Shown here piece by piece: positions 18,118 to 29,277 of a stretch of DNA of 64,000 nucleotides; position 1 is the stretch's first letter, and each line of letters opens with the position of its first letter. Source of the stretch: a virus. Both the position numbers and the translations under genes were made by a program. The stretch lies in UHGV virus genome UHGV-1351982; one strand, given 5' to 3'. Under the pieces are notes generated by a model. It searched no databases, was not told where the DNA came from, and saw nothing but the letters and a program-made list of their open reading frames with translations.

Positions 18118-19936
18118 GACACTAAAATTCAGCAACGTTATGTCTTACGGTAAGGATATAGTAATTCATTTCGATAAGAATCCAGTTACTCAGTTAATCG
18201 GAGGAAACGGTCTAGGGAAGTCCACTATTGCTACTGTTATCGAGGAATTGTTCTATAACAAGAACTCACGTGGTATCAAGAAGGACGCCCTATTCTCTTG
18301 GGGTTCTCCGAAGAAAGAGTATGATATGCACGCTTACTTCTCGAAAGATGAAGATGAGTATGAGTTGCATAAAGTAGTTAAATCAACTGCTAAGGTTACA
18401 CTGATTAAGAATGGAGAAGATATCAGTGGACACACAGCAACTCAAACGTACAAGATGATTGAAGAGATTATGGGTGGTGACTTCCAAACATTCACTAAAC
18501 TGATCTATCAATCTGTTGGTTCCAATCTAGACTTCCTCAAAGCAACTGATGCAACACGTAAAGCTTTTCTTGTTAATCTGTTCAATCAGGAACAGTATAA
18601 AGAGATGTCAGAAACTATTAAGGCTGATCGTAAAGAAGTGGCAAGTACGTTAAGTAACTTGCAAGGCCAGATGGCCGTAATTACGAAGATCCTCAACGGA
18701 AAAGGCAATCTCGGAAGTTTACAAGAGCCAGTTGAAGTTCCAGAGTTTGATGAAGAACCATTAGCACAAGAACTTACTGAATCGAAAATTAAGGCGGCAT
18801 TAGCCAAGTCACAAGAGGCTAATATTACTAAACTCCGTAATTTGGACAAAGCTGTACAAGTTGCCGAACAATCTTTCGAGCCTTTCAAAAATTTCCCTGC
18901 GCCCACTGACCAATCTGAAGAGATCTCAAGTGTTACGCGTGACCTAACGATTGTTACCTCACGTGCGGGAGAAGTCAAGAAACGTTATCAGAAGTTTAAG
19001 CAAGAGGCTTCAAATACTGAATGTCCTACTTGTGGTACGCATCTTGATACAACTGCTGCTCAAAAAGCAATGGATATGGCTAGAACAGAATATGATCCTC
19101 TGTTTAAAGAGAAACAATCTCTTGAAGCTACATTGGAGCAGTTAAAGAAAGAACAACTCGAGTACACTGCGTATACTAGAGCTAAAGATACTTTGGATAG
19201 GGCAGTAGCAGCTAGAGACGAGTTCAAAAATTCAATGAGTGATGCTTCTTTTGAAGAACTCAATGTGCAAATCCTACAGGTGCAAATCCGACAATTAGAA
19301 CAGGAAATCGCAGATGGACGTTCTAAAGTTGCAATTGCCAAAGAGCATAATGCAAATGTCGAATTAGCCAATGCAAAATATAAGGCGAAATTAGAACAGA
19401 TTGAGAAAGCTGAGGCAGAAATGTCTGAGATAACGTCCAAACTGGATGGAGTATCAGAAGCTGTTGCTGATCTTGATATTCTGATCACTGCATTGAAAAA
19501 TCTGGTAGGATATAAATTAGAGCATAGTGTGAAAGTATTTGAGGAATTGATTAATAAATATCTTTCTATTATGACTGGTGGTAAGTTCGCACTTGGATTT
19601 GAGCTTGATGAAACGAAATTACAAGTAGTAATCTTCAATGATGGGAACCGTACCAGTATGGAGAACTGCTCTACTGGTCAGCAAAGTAGAATTAACCTAG
19701 CAACTCTGTTAGCTATTCGAATGCTGTTAACATCTATTAGTAAAGTTAATATTAATCTTCTGTTCCTTGACGAAGTTATTAGCTTTATTGATACGAAAGG
19801 ACTTGATACTCTCGTTGAATTATTAAATGAGGAAGATAGTCTGAATTCTATCATTGTTTCTCATGGGCATACGCATCCATTAGCCCATAAGATTACTGTC
19901 AAAAAAGATGCAGAAGGATTTTCCTACTTAGAATAA
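18098..19936 (+). CDS. D13: SbcC/Rad50-like ATPase (T5 D13-like)
   Basis: Track ORF 18023-19936, ATG at 18098; Walker A GGNGLGKST, long coiled coil, CPTCG zinc hook, Walker B LLFLDE. Confidence 0.8.
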   Translation: MSKIIIKTLKFSNVMSYGKDIVIHFDKNPVTQLIGGNGLGKSTIATVIEELFYNKNSRGIKKDALFSWGSPKKEYDMHAYFSKDEDEYELHKVVKSTAKVTLIKNGEDISGHTATQTYKMIEEIMGGDFQTFTKLIYQSVGSNLDFLKATDATRKAFLVNLFNQEQYKEMSETIKADRKEVASTLSNLQGQMAVITKILNGKGNLGSLQEPVEVPEFDEEPLAQELTESKIKAALAKSQEANITKLRNLDKAVQVAEQSFEPFKNFPAPTDQSEEISSVTRDLTIVTSRAGEVKKRYQKFKQEASNTECPTCGTHLDTTAAQKAMDMARTEYDPLFKEKQSLEATLEQLKKEQLEYTAYTRAKDTLDRAVAARDEFKNSMSDASFEELNVQILQVQIRQLEQEIADGRSKVAIAKEHNANVELANAKYKAKLEQIEKAEAEMSEITSKLDGVSEAVADLDILITALKNLVGYKLEHSVKVFEELINKYLSIMTGGKFALGFELDETKLQVVIFNDGNRTSMENCSTGQQSRINLATLLAIRMLLTSISKVNINLLFLDEVISFIDTKGLDTLVELLNEEDSLNSIIVSHGHTHPLAHKITVKKDAEGFSYLE

Positions 19937-19939
19937 AAC

Positions 19940-20422
19940 ATGGCCGTAGATAGTAGAGAGAAAGGTAAACGTGGGGAATATCAGGTAAGAGATATACTAC
20001 GTGAACGTACAGGTCTTGAGTGGGAACGTGTTCCAGGCTCTGGTGCTTTTGGCCAGAGCCATGGACTGAAGGGCGACATCTACCTTCCACCACAAAGCGG
20101 ACACATTAGTAAATACTGCTTCGAAGTTAAGTGGTATAAAGATGATAACATATCAAGTAATTTATTTAACGTTGGTGAATCCACTCTAGAGAAGTGGTGG
20201 CAGCAGTGTTCCCGTGAGGGTGAACAGATGAACTCCAAACCAGCCTTAATATTCAAGAAAGACAGAGGACAGTGGTTAATTGCTTTGGATAGCTCAGACC
20301 CGATGGTAGACAACTTAATGAGTCGTACCCATATGGTGTTAAATAAGAAAGACATGGAAATCGTAATCGGGTTATTCGAACCGTGGTTACATCACGCATC
20401 TGTTGAGGACTTAATTAAATAA
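19940..20422 (+). CDS. D14-like protein, putative PD-(D/E)xK nuclease or resolvase
   Basis: 160 aa; position between D13 and D15 homologues; nuclease assignment is a weak motif-based guess. Confidence 0.5.
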   Translation: MAVDSREKGKRGEYQVRDILRERTGLEWERVPGSGAFGQSHGLKGDIYLPPQSGHISKYCFEVKWYKDDNISSNLFNVGESTLEKWWQQCSREGEQMNSKPALIFKKDRGQWLIALDSSDPMVDNLMSRTHMVLNKKDMEIVIGLFEPWLHHASVEDLIK

Positions 20423-21297
20423 TGAGTAAATCCTGGGGAAAATTTATTGAAGAGGAAGAAGCTGAGCTGGCTTCTCGTCGCAACCTAATGATTGTTGATG
20501 GAACTAACTTAGGCTTCCGCTTCAAACATAATAATAGTAAGAAACCATTCGCATCAAGTTATGTTTCTACAATTCAATCTCTGGCAAAATCCTATTCAGC
20601 TAGAACTACAATAGTTCTCGGTGATAAAGGAAAGTCTGTATTCCGTTTAGAGCATCTCCCTGATTATAAAGGGAACCGTGACGAAAAGTATGCACAACGT
20701 ACAGAAGAAGAAAAAGCACTAGATGAACAGTTCTTTGAATATCTTCGTGATGCTTTCGAATTATGTGAAACCACATTCCCGACCTTTACTATTCGTGGTG
20801 TAGAAGCAGACGATATGGCAGCTTATATTGTTAAGCTCATTGGTCATTTATATGATCACGTTTGGCTGATCTCTACTGATGGTGACTGGGATACCCTATT
20901 AACTGATCGAGTTTCTCGCTTCTCCTTCACCACACGTCGTGAGTACCATCTTCGTGATATGTATGAACACCATAACGTTGATGATGTTGATCAGTTTATC
21001 TCCCTGAAAGCAATCATGGGGGATCTCGGTGATAACATTCGCGGCGTTGAAGGCATTGGTGCAAAACGTGGTTATAACATTATCCGTGAATTTGGTAATG
21101 TTCTGGATATTATTGATCAACTCCCTCTGCCTGGGAAACAGAAGTATATACAGAATCTGAACGCATCGGAGGAGTTGCTTTTCCGAAACTTGATTCTGGT
21201 TGATTTACCGACCTATTGTGTAGATGCTATTGCTGCTGTGGGTCAAGACGTATTAGATAAGTTTACGAGAGATATTTTGGAGATCGCAGGACAATGA
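20422..21297 (+). CDS. D15: flap endonuclease / 5'-3' exonuclease (T5 D15-like)
   Basis: 291 aa, matching the size and N-terminal sequence I recall for T5 exonuclease (MSKSWGKFIEEEEAE...); conserved acidic residues. Confidence 0.9.
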   Translation: MSKSWGKFIEEEEAELASRRNLMIVDGTNLGFRFKHNNSKKPFASSYVSTIQSLAKSYSARTTIVLGDKGKSVFRLEHLPDYKGNRDEKYAQRTEEEKALDEQFFEYLRDAFELCETTFPTFTIRGVEADDMAAYIVKLIGHLYDHVWLISTDGDWDTLLTDRVSRFSFTTRREYHLRDMYEHHNVDDVDQFISLKAIMGDLGDNIRGVEGIGAKRGYNIIREFGNVLDIIDQLPLPGKQKYIQNLNASEELLFRNLILVDLPTYCVDAIAAVGQDVLDKFTRDILEIAGQ

Positions 21298-21740
21298 TTA
21301 AAATTAAACTAACTCATCCAGATTGCATGCCAAAGATTGGCTCTGATGATGCCGCAGGTATGGATCTGCGTGCGTTCTTCGGCACTAACCTTGCAGCAGA
21401 TTTACGTGCTATTGCACCAGGCAAATCCCTTATGATTGACACCGGTGTTGCGGTGGAAATTCCGCGAGGTTGGTTTGGTTTGGTAGTTCCTCGCAGCTCT
21501 TTAGGTAAGCGTAAACTGATGATCGCAAATACCGCAGGAGTGATCGACTCAGACTACCGTGGTACTATTAAGATGAACCTTTATAACTACGGTTCTGAAA
21601 TGCAAACTCTGGAGAATTTCGAGAGACTTTGTCAGCTAGTAGTACTACCACACTACTCAACTCATCATTTTGAAATCGTTGACGAACTAGAGGAGACTGA
21701 TCGTGGAGAAGGCGGCTTTGGAAGCTCAGGAAGTAAATAA
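21294..21740 (+). CDS. dut: dUTPase
   Basis: 148 aa; dUTPase motifs (AGMDLRA, IDSDYRG, C-terminal GGFGSSG). Confidence 0.8.
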   Translation: MIKIKLTHPDCMPKIGSDDAAGMDLRAFFGTNLAADLRAIAPGKSLMIDTGVAVEIPRGWFGLVVPRSSLGKRKLMIANTAGVIDSDYRGTIKMNLYNYGSEMQTLENFERLCQLVVLPHYSTHHFEIVDELEETDRGEGGFGSSGSK

Positions 21741-21972
21741 TTATAACTATTCAGATCCTAATATGGTAGGCAATTTTGAGCAGTCAAATACTTATCATGT
21801 TGCAGTTGCTGAACCTAACCTGAATAATGTAGTTCTTAAGGTAGATCGTGAAGGTAACGTAATCCATTGGGATGAAGAAGCTTTTGTCGAATTATGTAGT
21901 AAGTCTGATGATCCTACACTTAGAACTATGTTGGCAGTGTTTAACTTAGGTATTATTGCTGGAAGCAGATAA
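21703..21972 (+). CDS. hypothetical protein
   Basis: 89 aa ORF overlapping dUTPase 3' end; followed by bidirectional terminator. Confidence 0.35.
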   Translation: MEKAALEAQEVNNYNYSDPNMVGNFEQSNTYHVAVAEPNLNNVVLKVDREGNVIHWDEEAFVELCSKSDDPTLRTMLAVFNLGIIAGSR

Positions 21973-21977
21973 TAATA

Positions 21978-22010
21978 AACCCCAGTGGATTTCCACTGGG
22001 GTTTTCTTTT
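21978..22010. terminator. bidirectional intrinsic terminator between convergent early and late blocks
   Basis: Stem CCCCAGTGGA/TCCACTGGGG with A-run upstream and T-run downstream. Confidence 0.75.
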
Positions 22011-23223
22011 ACTTATCAAGTAATTGTTTTACCAATTTCTTAAGTTCATCAATTTCTTGCTGTTGCTTTTCAACAACTTCATTAAGTTCATTAAAAGCAT
22101 TAACTAGGAGAGCGGTAACACCGCTATAACTTACACCTAAATACTCGCTGTTAGAGATTTTATAAACAGCCTCCGGCAAAACTGCCTGTACATCCTGAGC
22201 TATTACACTTGCTTCCTCAGAATAAATAGAGTGTTCATCTTCATCAAGATTATTACGTTTAAAATAAGTATAACCCTTAATAGATTTAACTTTCTCTCTT
22301 GCTGTTTTAATCTCTTTTAAATTGGCTTTTAATCTAATATCAGAAGTGCTAACCCATTGAACGCAAGACGCATATCCAGCATCATTAAATGTGTAGATTG
22401 CACCTTTTATGTTAAAATGAGCCTCACAACCCCCGGCACTATATCTAACAACATCAAGGCCAGCAGCCCAGTCACCACCCCATCTAACTACTTTAAACAC
22501 GTTTGAGGCAGCATCATCACCTGGTAATTCAACAAGAAGGCCACAAGCGCGATCGGCTTCAGCCTTAGCACGATTTGCCTCAGTAGTAGCATCTACAGCC
22601 TTATCTCCTGCTTCTACAGCAGAACCAGCCGCATTAGTTTCTGATTCTTTAGCATTTAATTCTGATTGTTTAGCGGAAGCAGCATGTTCTCCAGCAGTTG
22701 TAGCAGCAGCTTCTGCACCTGCTTTTGCTGTTTCAGCACCAGTCTTAGCAGTTTCTGCAGCTGTCTGAGCTTGTTGAGCCGCAGTTTTAGCTTGTTCGGC
22801 AAGTCTACGACTGGTCTCCGCATTTTGAGCAGCTAATTCAGCAGAATTCCTGAATCCTTTAGATTCTTCCGCCGATGTAGCGGATGCTTCAGCACTCTTT
22901 TGTGACAGACCAGCTTGTCTCTCAGCTTCCGCGGCAGATGCCGCAGATTGAGTTGCAGATGTTTCAGAAGAAGTAGCATAAATTGCAGCTAGGTTCTCCG
23001 AGTCCTTAGCATTTGTTTCAGATTCTTTTGCTGCAATCTCAGAATCTTTTGCTGCCGCAGCAGAAGAAGCAGAGGCTTCTACAGCAGCAGTTAATTCACC
23101 AGCAGTAATAGAACTAATAGAATTACCTAAAACTACTGTATATTTAGGATACTTACTAGCAGTAGTTGTAGTGTCATCTATATTCAGAATCTGCTGTACA
23201 ATAATTTTAGTTTTAAGTGCCAT
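22009..23223 (-). CDS. tail fiber protein with C-terminal intramolecular-chaperone (peptidase S74-like) domain
   Basis: 404 aa; Ala/Ser/Glu-rich low-complexity N-terminal half; C-terminal part resembles autoproteolytic chaperone domains of phage fibers. Confidence 0.65.
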   Translation of the reverse strand: MALKTKIIVQQILNIDDTTTTASKYPKYTVVLGNSISSITAGELTAAVEASASSAAAAKDSEIAAKESETNAKDSENLAAIYATSSETSATQSAASAAEAERQAGLSQKSAEASATSAEESKGFRNSAELAAQNAETSRRLAEQAKTAAQQAQTAAETAKTGAETAKAGAEAAATTAGEHAASAKQSELNAKESETNAAGSAVEAGDKAVDATTEANRAKAEADRACGLLVELPGDDAASNVFKVVRWGGDWAAGLDVVRYSAGGCEAHFNIKGAIYTFNDAGYASCVQWVSTSDIRLKANLKEIKTAREKVKSIKGYTYFKRNNLDEDEHSIYSEEASVIAQDVQAVLPEAVYKISNSEYLGVSYSGVTALLVNAFNELNEVVEKQQQEIDELKKLVKQLLDK

Positions 23224-23645
23224 TATTGAGTTACTCCATCGCTGATGTATACTTTACCTTCCATAATACGGAAAGAACTGACTTCAGAGCCAATTACATC
23301 ACGAGTCATTAGGATATCATAATAACCAGCAAAACGTTGTCTTGGGTTATACTTATCACGTTCTTTAGATGCTTTTTCACCAATATTAGTAACGTCTGCA
23401 ACGGAAAGACTAATTGCAGCAGCACCTTGAGCAGCATCAATAACACGAGTTTTAAAGTTAGCTAGAACCTCGGCGTTCTCATCTAAACTAGATTTAATAG
23501 TTCCTCGGAGTGAATATCCGGTTAAGTTAACAGGAACTTCTGTTGGTGGATATACACTGTCATCAACATCCATAAACTGCATGATAAGACCATAAGGTAC
23601 TTTCTCATCAACAACAATATCAATAACTCGGTTTTCTGTACTCAT
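23223..23645 (-). CDS. hypothetical tail-associated protein
   Basis: 140 aa ORF; stop overlaps the start of the fiber gene (TAATG); lies within the tail gene block. Confidence 0.5.
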   Translation of the reverse strand: MSTENRVIDIVVDEKVPYGLIMQFMDVDDSVYPPTEVPVNLTGYSLRGTIKSSLDENAEVLANFKTRVIDAAQGAAAISLSVADVTNIGEKASKERDKYNPRQRFAGYYDILMTRDVIGSEVSSFRIMEGKVYISDGVTQ

Positions 23646-23650
23646 TATAA

Positions 23651-25708
23651 TTACCTTATATGGATATACCCACTATTTAGGTCTATCTTCATCTTGTAGT
23701 ATGCTTCAGGGTTCCCTGATAACGCAGCATTTCTATCATAGATTATATTAACACCGATTTGTGATAAGAAGGCATTTCCTGCCACAATCTTATCCGCAGT
23801 AACAGTTCCATTAACAATCATATTGCCATGAAGAACCATTGCAGGGTTAATCCATCCAGCTCCGTTCCATTGACGGGTAAATGCTGTTTGTGGAGCATTA
23901 CTGTTAAATTGTGTTAGAACATCGTATTTAACCGGAGGTTTTCCAAAGTTATTTTGAAAGAATGCGTTAGCTTGTCCATCATCCCAACCGCCTAATCCAG
24001 GAATACCCATGGAGTACATCCCAGGACCACGCTGTCCATCATGTCCTATAGTACCTTCAGTACCACTCCATTGAACTACATCAGACCAGCTAGTACCTTC
24101 AAGAAGTTTGTCAGTAACTGGATCAAGTGTACCTGTAGTCGCATAGATATTTTGTGTCATATCTGTACGGTTAGGTGGAGTTTTTGACCAACCAGGAGGT
24201 GGATAATCTTGTTCTAACGGTTTGGCCGGTAAAGATGTTGCTAACTTATAAACAAATACTATTTGCTTACCTTGTAAACCAGTTCCAATATCTACGTCAC
24301 CATTTGGTGTTCCAATTACTACACCACTAGAAATACGCAGAGTAGTACCATCATAACGTATCCATTGTGTAGCATTACCAATGTCTAACTTAGCTTTGGC
24401 AGAGGTATTATCCATACCCATCCAAATACCAGAGTTATTATCCCCCCAGGATTTACCTTGAGTGTAAATTGCTGGGTTATCTTTACCAGACAAGTTAGTC
24501 ATGATAAAGTTCGCAGCATTAATATCTCTAGTAATTACTTTACCATCAACGTTAACAACACGGTTTATAGGGTCAAAAGAAATAGGTGCTTTACCTTCTT
24601 CATCTAGCAGACCAATGTTAATAGCACCAGTAGCTGCATCAATTAGGAATGTTTGTCTCCAGATTTCCCCATCTTTCATACTACCCTTAATAAAGGCATA
24701 GTTAACATCAATACCCGTCTCATTGACAAAACTATTATCTAGAGGAGTATCTTCATTCAGAATAAATGTTACAGGAGATGACTCTGTTATATCTTGTTTG
24801 TTTGGTCCCCAGGCAATTGATGAAACCTTAAAGGTATGTTCAACTTTCCATGGGAATGATATAATCGTTGCAGCTCTGGCAGCACCCACGTTTATCTTTT
24901 GAGCTTTAGCCCATCCGGTTTTAGCGTATTCCTCGGAGTTTATGTAAGTAACCAAGAATTCACGAACGTTAGCACCAGCACCACGTTCCCAGTCCCACTC
25001 AATTCTAACATCATATCGTTCTTTACCATCAGCAATTCGTGCAGCTTTAAAAACAATATCGATAGGTGCAGTAGGAGGAACAAAATTATAAGCTACAGTT
25101 AGAATATTAGGGAACTCATAGTACCCAGAAGAATCAACTGTAACACCATCAGGCATAGTTACTTGACCAGATATTCTGATCTTATAATCTCCGATAGGAA
25201 CTCCACCAAATTTAATAGTAGAACCTAAAGCCCCAATATAATATTTAGTCCATGGACTGTCTTCAGTGGCTGTACTTTTTAACTCAATAGTACAGTAGCT
25301 TGCTTCACCAGTTGTTTCCACAACAACTATTGGTGCGCCCACCCCAACATCCACAGGTTCTGACTCAGATCTTGCTGCAACAATTATTGGCTTCTCTTTT
25401 GTTTTAAAGTTAGTTTCATTAGAGAGGTTAATACCAATTTTTGCATTTAAAAGTTCTGAGTCAATAATTGAGTCATAAAAAGCTCCCTGAACCTGATAGG
25501 TAGTTGAGGGAGTTAAGTTATTGATCATAACAAAGAAAGTGTCGATTCCAGTGAAATCTCTCCTATCCACTTCTTCGCCAAGTTTAAGCCAGAATGATCT
25601 ACCGATAACATCGTAGTCGGTATAGATAGAATGCTGGATATACGCCATAGTATATCCAGTCATAATACTATTTAAGACCATCTTGGCTGGTGCATTATTC
25701 GAAATCAT
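23651..25708 (-). CDS. baseplate / central-fiber protein (T5 pb4-like)
   Basis: 685 aa (T5 pb4 recalled as ~688 aa); synteny after pb3-like gene. Confidence 0.7.
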   Translation of the reverse strand: MISNNAPAKMVLNSIMTGYTMAYIQHSIYTDYDVIGRSFWLKLGEEVDRRDFTGIDTFFVMINNLTPSTTYQVQGAFYDSIIDSELLNAKIGINLSNETNFKTKEKPIIVAARSESEPVDVGVGAPIVVVETTGEASYCTIELKSTATEDSPWTKYYIGALGSTIKFGGVPIGDYKIRISGQVTMPDGVTVDSSGYYEFPNILTVAYNFVPPTAPIDIVFKAARIADGKERYDVRIEWDWERGAGANVREFLVTYINSEEYAKTGWAKAQKINVGAARAATIISFPWKVEHTFKVSSIAWGPNKQDITESSPVTFILNEDTPLDNSFVNETGIDVNYAFIKGSMKDGEIWRQTFLIDAATGAINIGLLDEEGKAPISFDPINRVVNVDGKVITRDINAANFIMTNLSGKDNPAIYTQGKSWGDNNSGIWMGMDNTSAKAKLDIGNATQWIRYDGTTLRISSGVVIGTPNGDVDIGTGLQGKQIVFVYKLATSLPAKPLEQDYPPPGWSKTPPNRTDMTQNIYATTGTLDPVTDKLLEGTSWSDVVQWSGTEGTIGHDGQRGPGMYSMGIPGLGGWDDGQANAFFQNNFGKPPVKYDVLTQFNSNAPQTAFTRQWNGAGWINPAMVLHGNMIVNGTVTADKIVAGNAFLSQIGVNIIYDRNAALSGNPEAYYKMKIDLNSGYIHIR

Positions 25709-28558
25709 TTAAATAGATGCCCAATCCACAGATTGCTCGCCATTATCACCTTCTGCTCTTATACGGAAGCGTAACTTCCTATTAATACCTAGAGCATCCT
25801 CGTTATGAAGAGCATAGTCTGCCTTATTGTATATCAGTAGATAATCGTAGACATACTGATCTTCAATTCGTACACTTCTTAATAAACGATCTAGGTTATC
25901 GTAGATTTCGAGAGTGTAGAAGATTCCATCAATGATATCTTCTTCTGGAATTCTATCCCAGGCCAACTTAACGTCTGGTCCTACAAACTCCGATGCATCT
26001 CCTGAAGCTGTGTTAGTAACCCTGAAATTACTAACGATGCTTAAGTTTTTAGCAGAGTTAAGTTCTACCGATAATGTTACAGGAGAACTTCGTCTACCAT
26101 TAATATCTACAGCTCTAATCTCAAAGACTGCTAAACCAGCAGGTTCTCCAATAATTTCTTGGATCATTCGTAGATTTGGATTAGTTTCTAGTTGCTGTAT
26201 GATATAAGGATCAGCATGCCCTGAATGAACGATGGAGTAATAAACAACGTTATTAGTTAAGCTAGGAAGCCAAGATAACTCACCATTCTTACCAATAGAT
26301 CCTACTTGTCCACCCGGTGTTGGTGTGTACATAAAGTCTCTAGGAGGCAGTACGTTATTACTAACATCAGGGATATCGTTACCACTATTATCAACCTGCT
26401 CGGAGTTAATGAATACATCCTCACCATACTCTTGCAGTGTAATATTAATCTTACCTTCTCTAGAGTTTTCAACTTCATCAACTAGGAAGTATTTCTTATC
26501 CCAACCATAACGACCATATGTAAAAGCAATCGGATCGTTAGGCTCAATGCCTATGAAATGATATGGTAATGAGAATGTGAGAGTTCGTGAGTAACGAGAC
26601 TTTTTCAGTTCTCTATCTGCAAAGCTACGTGCAGTATAGTAGTTAGTGATATTTGCAAAAGAAAGCTGAAGTTTTTTATCTAATCCTTTATCTTGTTCCT
26701 TAAATATAGAGTTAAAGAATGTAATGGAGTTAGTTTTCCAGCTTAATGCGGGATCTAATATAGAGGCTTGTACTGAGTTAAACTTATTTCTACCAGTAGT
26801 ATCTGATAGCTCCAGATCACCATAGGTATCTAAGAAGTCAATCTCTAATGGGGTGTTTGAGAACTTCTCAACAGTTATTCTATACTGTCCAGATAAGTTG
26901 TTGATAGCACCGCCATAAGACTCTATTAATCCCTGCACGTTTTTAAATACTGACTCAGAGGTATCGAGAATAGTATTCATTTGAACTATTTGTCTATTCT
27001 CTCCTACAGCATCAGTCCATCCAACGTATCTCCAGTAGGGTTGCCAAGAAACCTGATAGGATTCATCAATGATATCCAGGATAGCTGCTTCTTGAATAAG
27101 TTGCTGGAGAGGGAACTGATCAATAGTGATATTAGCACCATAGCGATCAGAGGTTAGGTAGTCCAGAGTTTGCCAGATACCATTTAAGCTAGTCTTGTCA
27201 GCAGTTACTCTACCATCTGAATGATAGATCTTAATCTTCTTACCCTGAACTTCAGCACTAACTTCTGGAATTTCTGTTCTGTTTTCATTAATAGTAAAGC
27301 GAACGATAGCATAAGCAGTATCTAACAGTTTATAACGAGAGTCCCAGTATTCCGGGCCATTCTCATTCATGTTCTGTAAATAGAAACCTTTCTCTTTTGC
27401 AATGTTAACTAGAACATCCGCAGCAGATTGATCTGCTTTACCATGATAAGTCCATATACGGATATCGCCATTACCATCATTATACTTATATTCCTGTCCA
27501 TGAACAGAAGGTTCAGAGCTTGGCTGGCCTGAAGCAATACGTTGCATGGTATCACCAGCTACTTTCTTAGTACCAAAGCAAGTACGAGACTTACTATCAT
27601 TAGGATCAATACAGATCATTGGTACATCACCAAAGTAGAAATCTAGGAATCCATCAATCTCACCCTCACAGAAAGCGTATACTACATATACGATATTAGG
27701 GTTATGCAGTTCAGTATCTGCGAATACTGGGATTCCAGGAATTTTCTGAACTCCGTACACTACTGGCAGGAATTTAGCAGCTAAGTTAAAATCAAGATCT
27801 ACTTCCTTAGTTACAGTCTCATAGTATTTCTTTAGGCTATAGCTTCTAGAAAGACCAAATAACTTTTTCTTAGATTGTAACTTATAACGTTCTTCCTGAA
27901 CCTGATACTTAGCAAGAATAGAGATACTCTTGTTAGCGTGGAAGAACCCGTAGTCCTCTTGATATTCAGGTCGCTTAGCACCATTAGACGGAACTAATTG
28001 TCCGGCAACAATCTCAAGCCCTCTATGGTCAGCATCATCTGTGAAACGTCCATTTACTCTATCAAAGTCATAGAATTGGTTTGAACAGTTCCATGTAATA
28101 ACGGATGTACTAACTCCCGAAGTACCAATGTTATCCTTAATACCACCACCAGTGATTTTACCACGGAAGTAAAGTAAAGGACCATTAGTGTCTGGATCTA
28201 CAGGAAGAATGTTACCTTCTTCATCAATAACCGCTTGATGGATTGAGATAGATCTATCTAGGAAGGATACACCATTTTGGACTAGTTTTAATACTTCATC
28301 CTCAGCAGTACCTGTGATAGTAAAAGAAAGGCTACCAATGGAAAGTTTTCTATTTTGTTTATGTGTTGTTATAGACTTAACTTTACCGGATGTGTAAAGA
28401 ATACCATTATAAATTACATCCCTAAAATAGTCTGTAAGATAAATGTATGCAGAACTTGATCCGGTAGAGCTTGGCAATTCAAGAGTAATAAGGCATGCAG
28501 TTTTTATTTTATTATTAGTTCTTAAATACTCTCTTGCACTGTCAAGAATTTTCTTCAT
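25709..28558 (-). CDS. baseplate hub protein (T5 pb3-like)
   Basis: 949 aa, same size as T5 pb3 as I recall; synteny pb2-pb9-pb3-pb4. Confidence 0.75.
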   Translation of the reverse strand: MKKILDSAREYLRTNNKIKTACLITLELPSSTGSSSAYIYLTDYFRDVIYNGILYTSGKVKSITTHKQNRKLSIGSLSFTITGTAEDEVLKLVQNGVSFLDRSISIHQAVIDEEGNILPVDPDTNGPLLYFRGKITGGGIKDNIGTSGVSTSVITWNCSNQFYDFDRVNGRFTDDADHRGLEIVAGQLVPSNGAKRPEYQEDYGFFHANKSISILAKYQVQEERYKLQSKKKLFGLSRSYSLKKYYETVTKEVDLDFNLAAKFLPVVYGVQKIPGIPVFADTELHNPNIVYVVYAFCEGEIDGFLDFYFGDVPMICIDPNDSKSRTCFGTKKVAGDTMQRIASGQPSSEPSVHGQEYKYNDGNGDIRIWTYHGKADQSAADVLVNIAKEKGFYLQNMNENGPEYWDSRYKLLDTAYAIVRFTINENRTEIPEVSAEVQGKKIKIYHSDGRVTADKTSLNGIWQTLDYLTSDRYGANITIDQFPLQQLIQEAAILDIIDESYQVSWQPYWRYVGWTDAVGENRQIVQMNTILDTSESVFKNVQGLIESYGGAINNLSGQYRITVEKFSNTPLEIDFLDTYGDLELSDTTGRNKFNSVQASILDPALSWKTNSITFFNSIFKEQDKGLDKKLQLSFANITNYYTARSFADRELKKSRYSRTLTFSLPYHFIGIEPNDPIAFTYGRYGWDKKYFLVDEVENSREGKINITLQEYGEDVFINSEQVDNSGNDIPDVSNNVLPPRDFMYTPTPGGQVGSIGKNGELSWLPSLTNNVVYYSIVHSGHADPYIIQQLETNPNLRMIQEIIGEPAGLAVFEIRAVDINGRRSSPVTLSVELNSAKNLSIVSNFRVTNTASGDASEFVGPDVKLAWDRIPEEDIIDGIFYTLEIYDNLDRLLRSVRIEDQYVYDYLLIYNKADYALHNEDALGINRKLRFRIRAEGDNGEQSVDWASI

Positions 28559-29169
28559 AGACTTTCCCTCAAGGAAAGTGAAATACCAGTATATGTACCA
28601 TTACTATTTAACGTAGAGCCGAAGCTGTCTCCGTTCATTAATTTAGTTCTAAATAGAATACCATTAAATACCGGTTTCTCACTACCCGTAGTAGTAATGA
28701 ATAGATCAGGGTAAACACTTATATTCCAAGTATTTCCTACTGTGTTGATAGAAGTGATTTTGTACACTTTTGGGTGGTTGGACAATTTAAATAAATCGCC
28801 TGGTTTAGGCAGTCCACGAAGTGTACCTTTAGTGTCCATAATAACTGTTGAACCTTTTTGTCCAGCAGGAATATTTACAGCACTAGTATCACCACGAACT
28901 CGGAAAGCTTCATATTGTGGTAATAACACATCAATATAGCTACCTGTTCTTTTGTAATCTAGAATGAATGAATCTAATTTAGCAAATTCATCTGGGAATA
29001 ATTCTGGATAAGAGATATTAATACCCCAATATTGAGCAGACACCTTAACCTCCCTAACTTTACCATTAGGTAATTCATCACGAATCATAGGGTCATTGTC
29101 TACTAAGTTAACGCTTTCAAAACCTAACCCTGATAGCTCTGGGTTCGTGTATGGGTCTGGTAGTCTCAT
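28555..29169 (-). CDS. distal tail protein (T5 pb9-like)
   Basis: 204 aa; position directly downstream of the tape measure gene. Confidence 0.7.
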   Translation of the reverse strand: MRLPDPYTNPELSGLGFESVNLVDNDPMIRDELPNGKVREVKVSAQYWGINISYPELFPDEFAKLDSFILDYKRTGSYIDVLLPQYEAFRVRGDTSAVNIPAGQKGSTVIMDTKGTLRGLPKPGDLFKLSNHPKVYKITSINTVGNTWNISVYPDLFITTTGSEKPVFNGILFRTKLMNGDSFGSTLNSNGTYTGISLSLRESL

Positions 29170-29224
29170 AGTTAATTTCTCCTCTTAATAACAATATTAT
29201 AATAGGATTGGAAAATTTTATCAA

Positions 29225-29272
29225 GAAATTTTTATTTTTCCATAAAGAAAAGGAGGACATAAAGTCCTCCTC
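29225..29272 (-). terminator. intrinsic terminator (- strand) after tape measure gene
   Basis: Hairpin GGAGGAC-ATAAA-GTCCTCC; T-rich tract follows on the - strand. Confidence 0.65.
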
Positions 29273-29277
29273 CAGTA

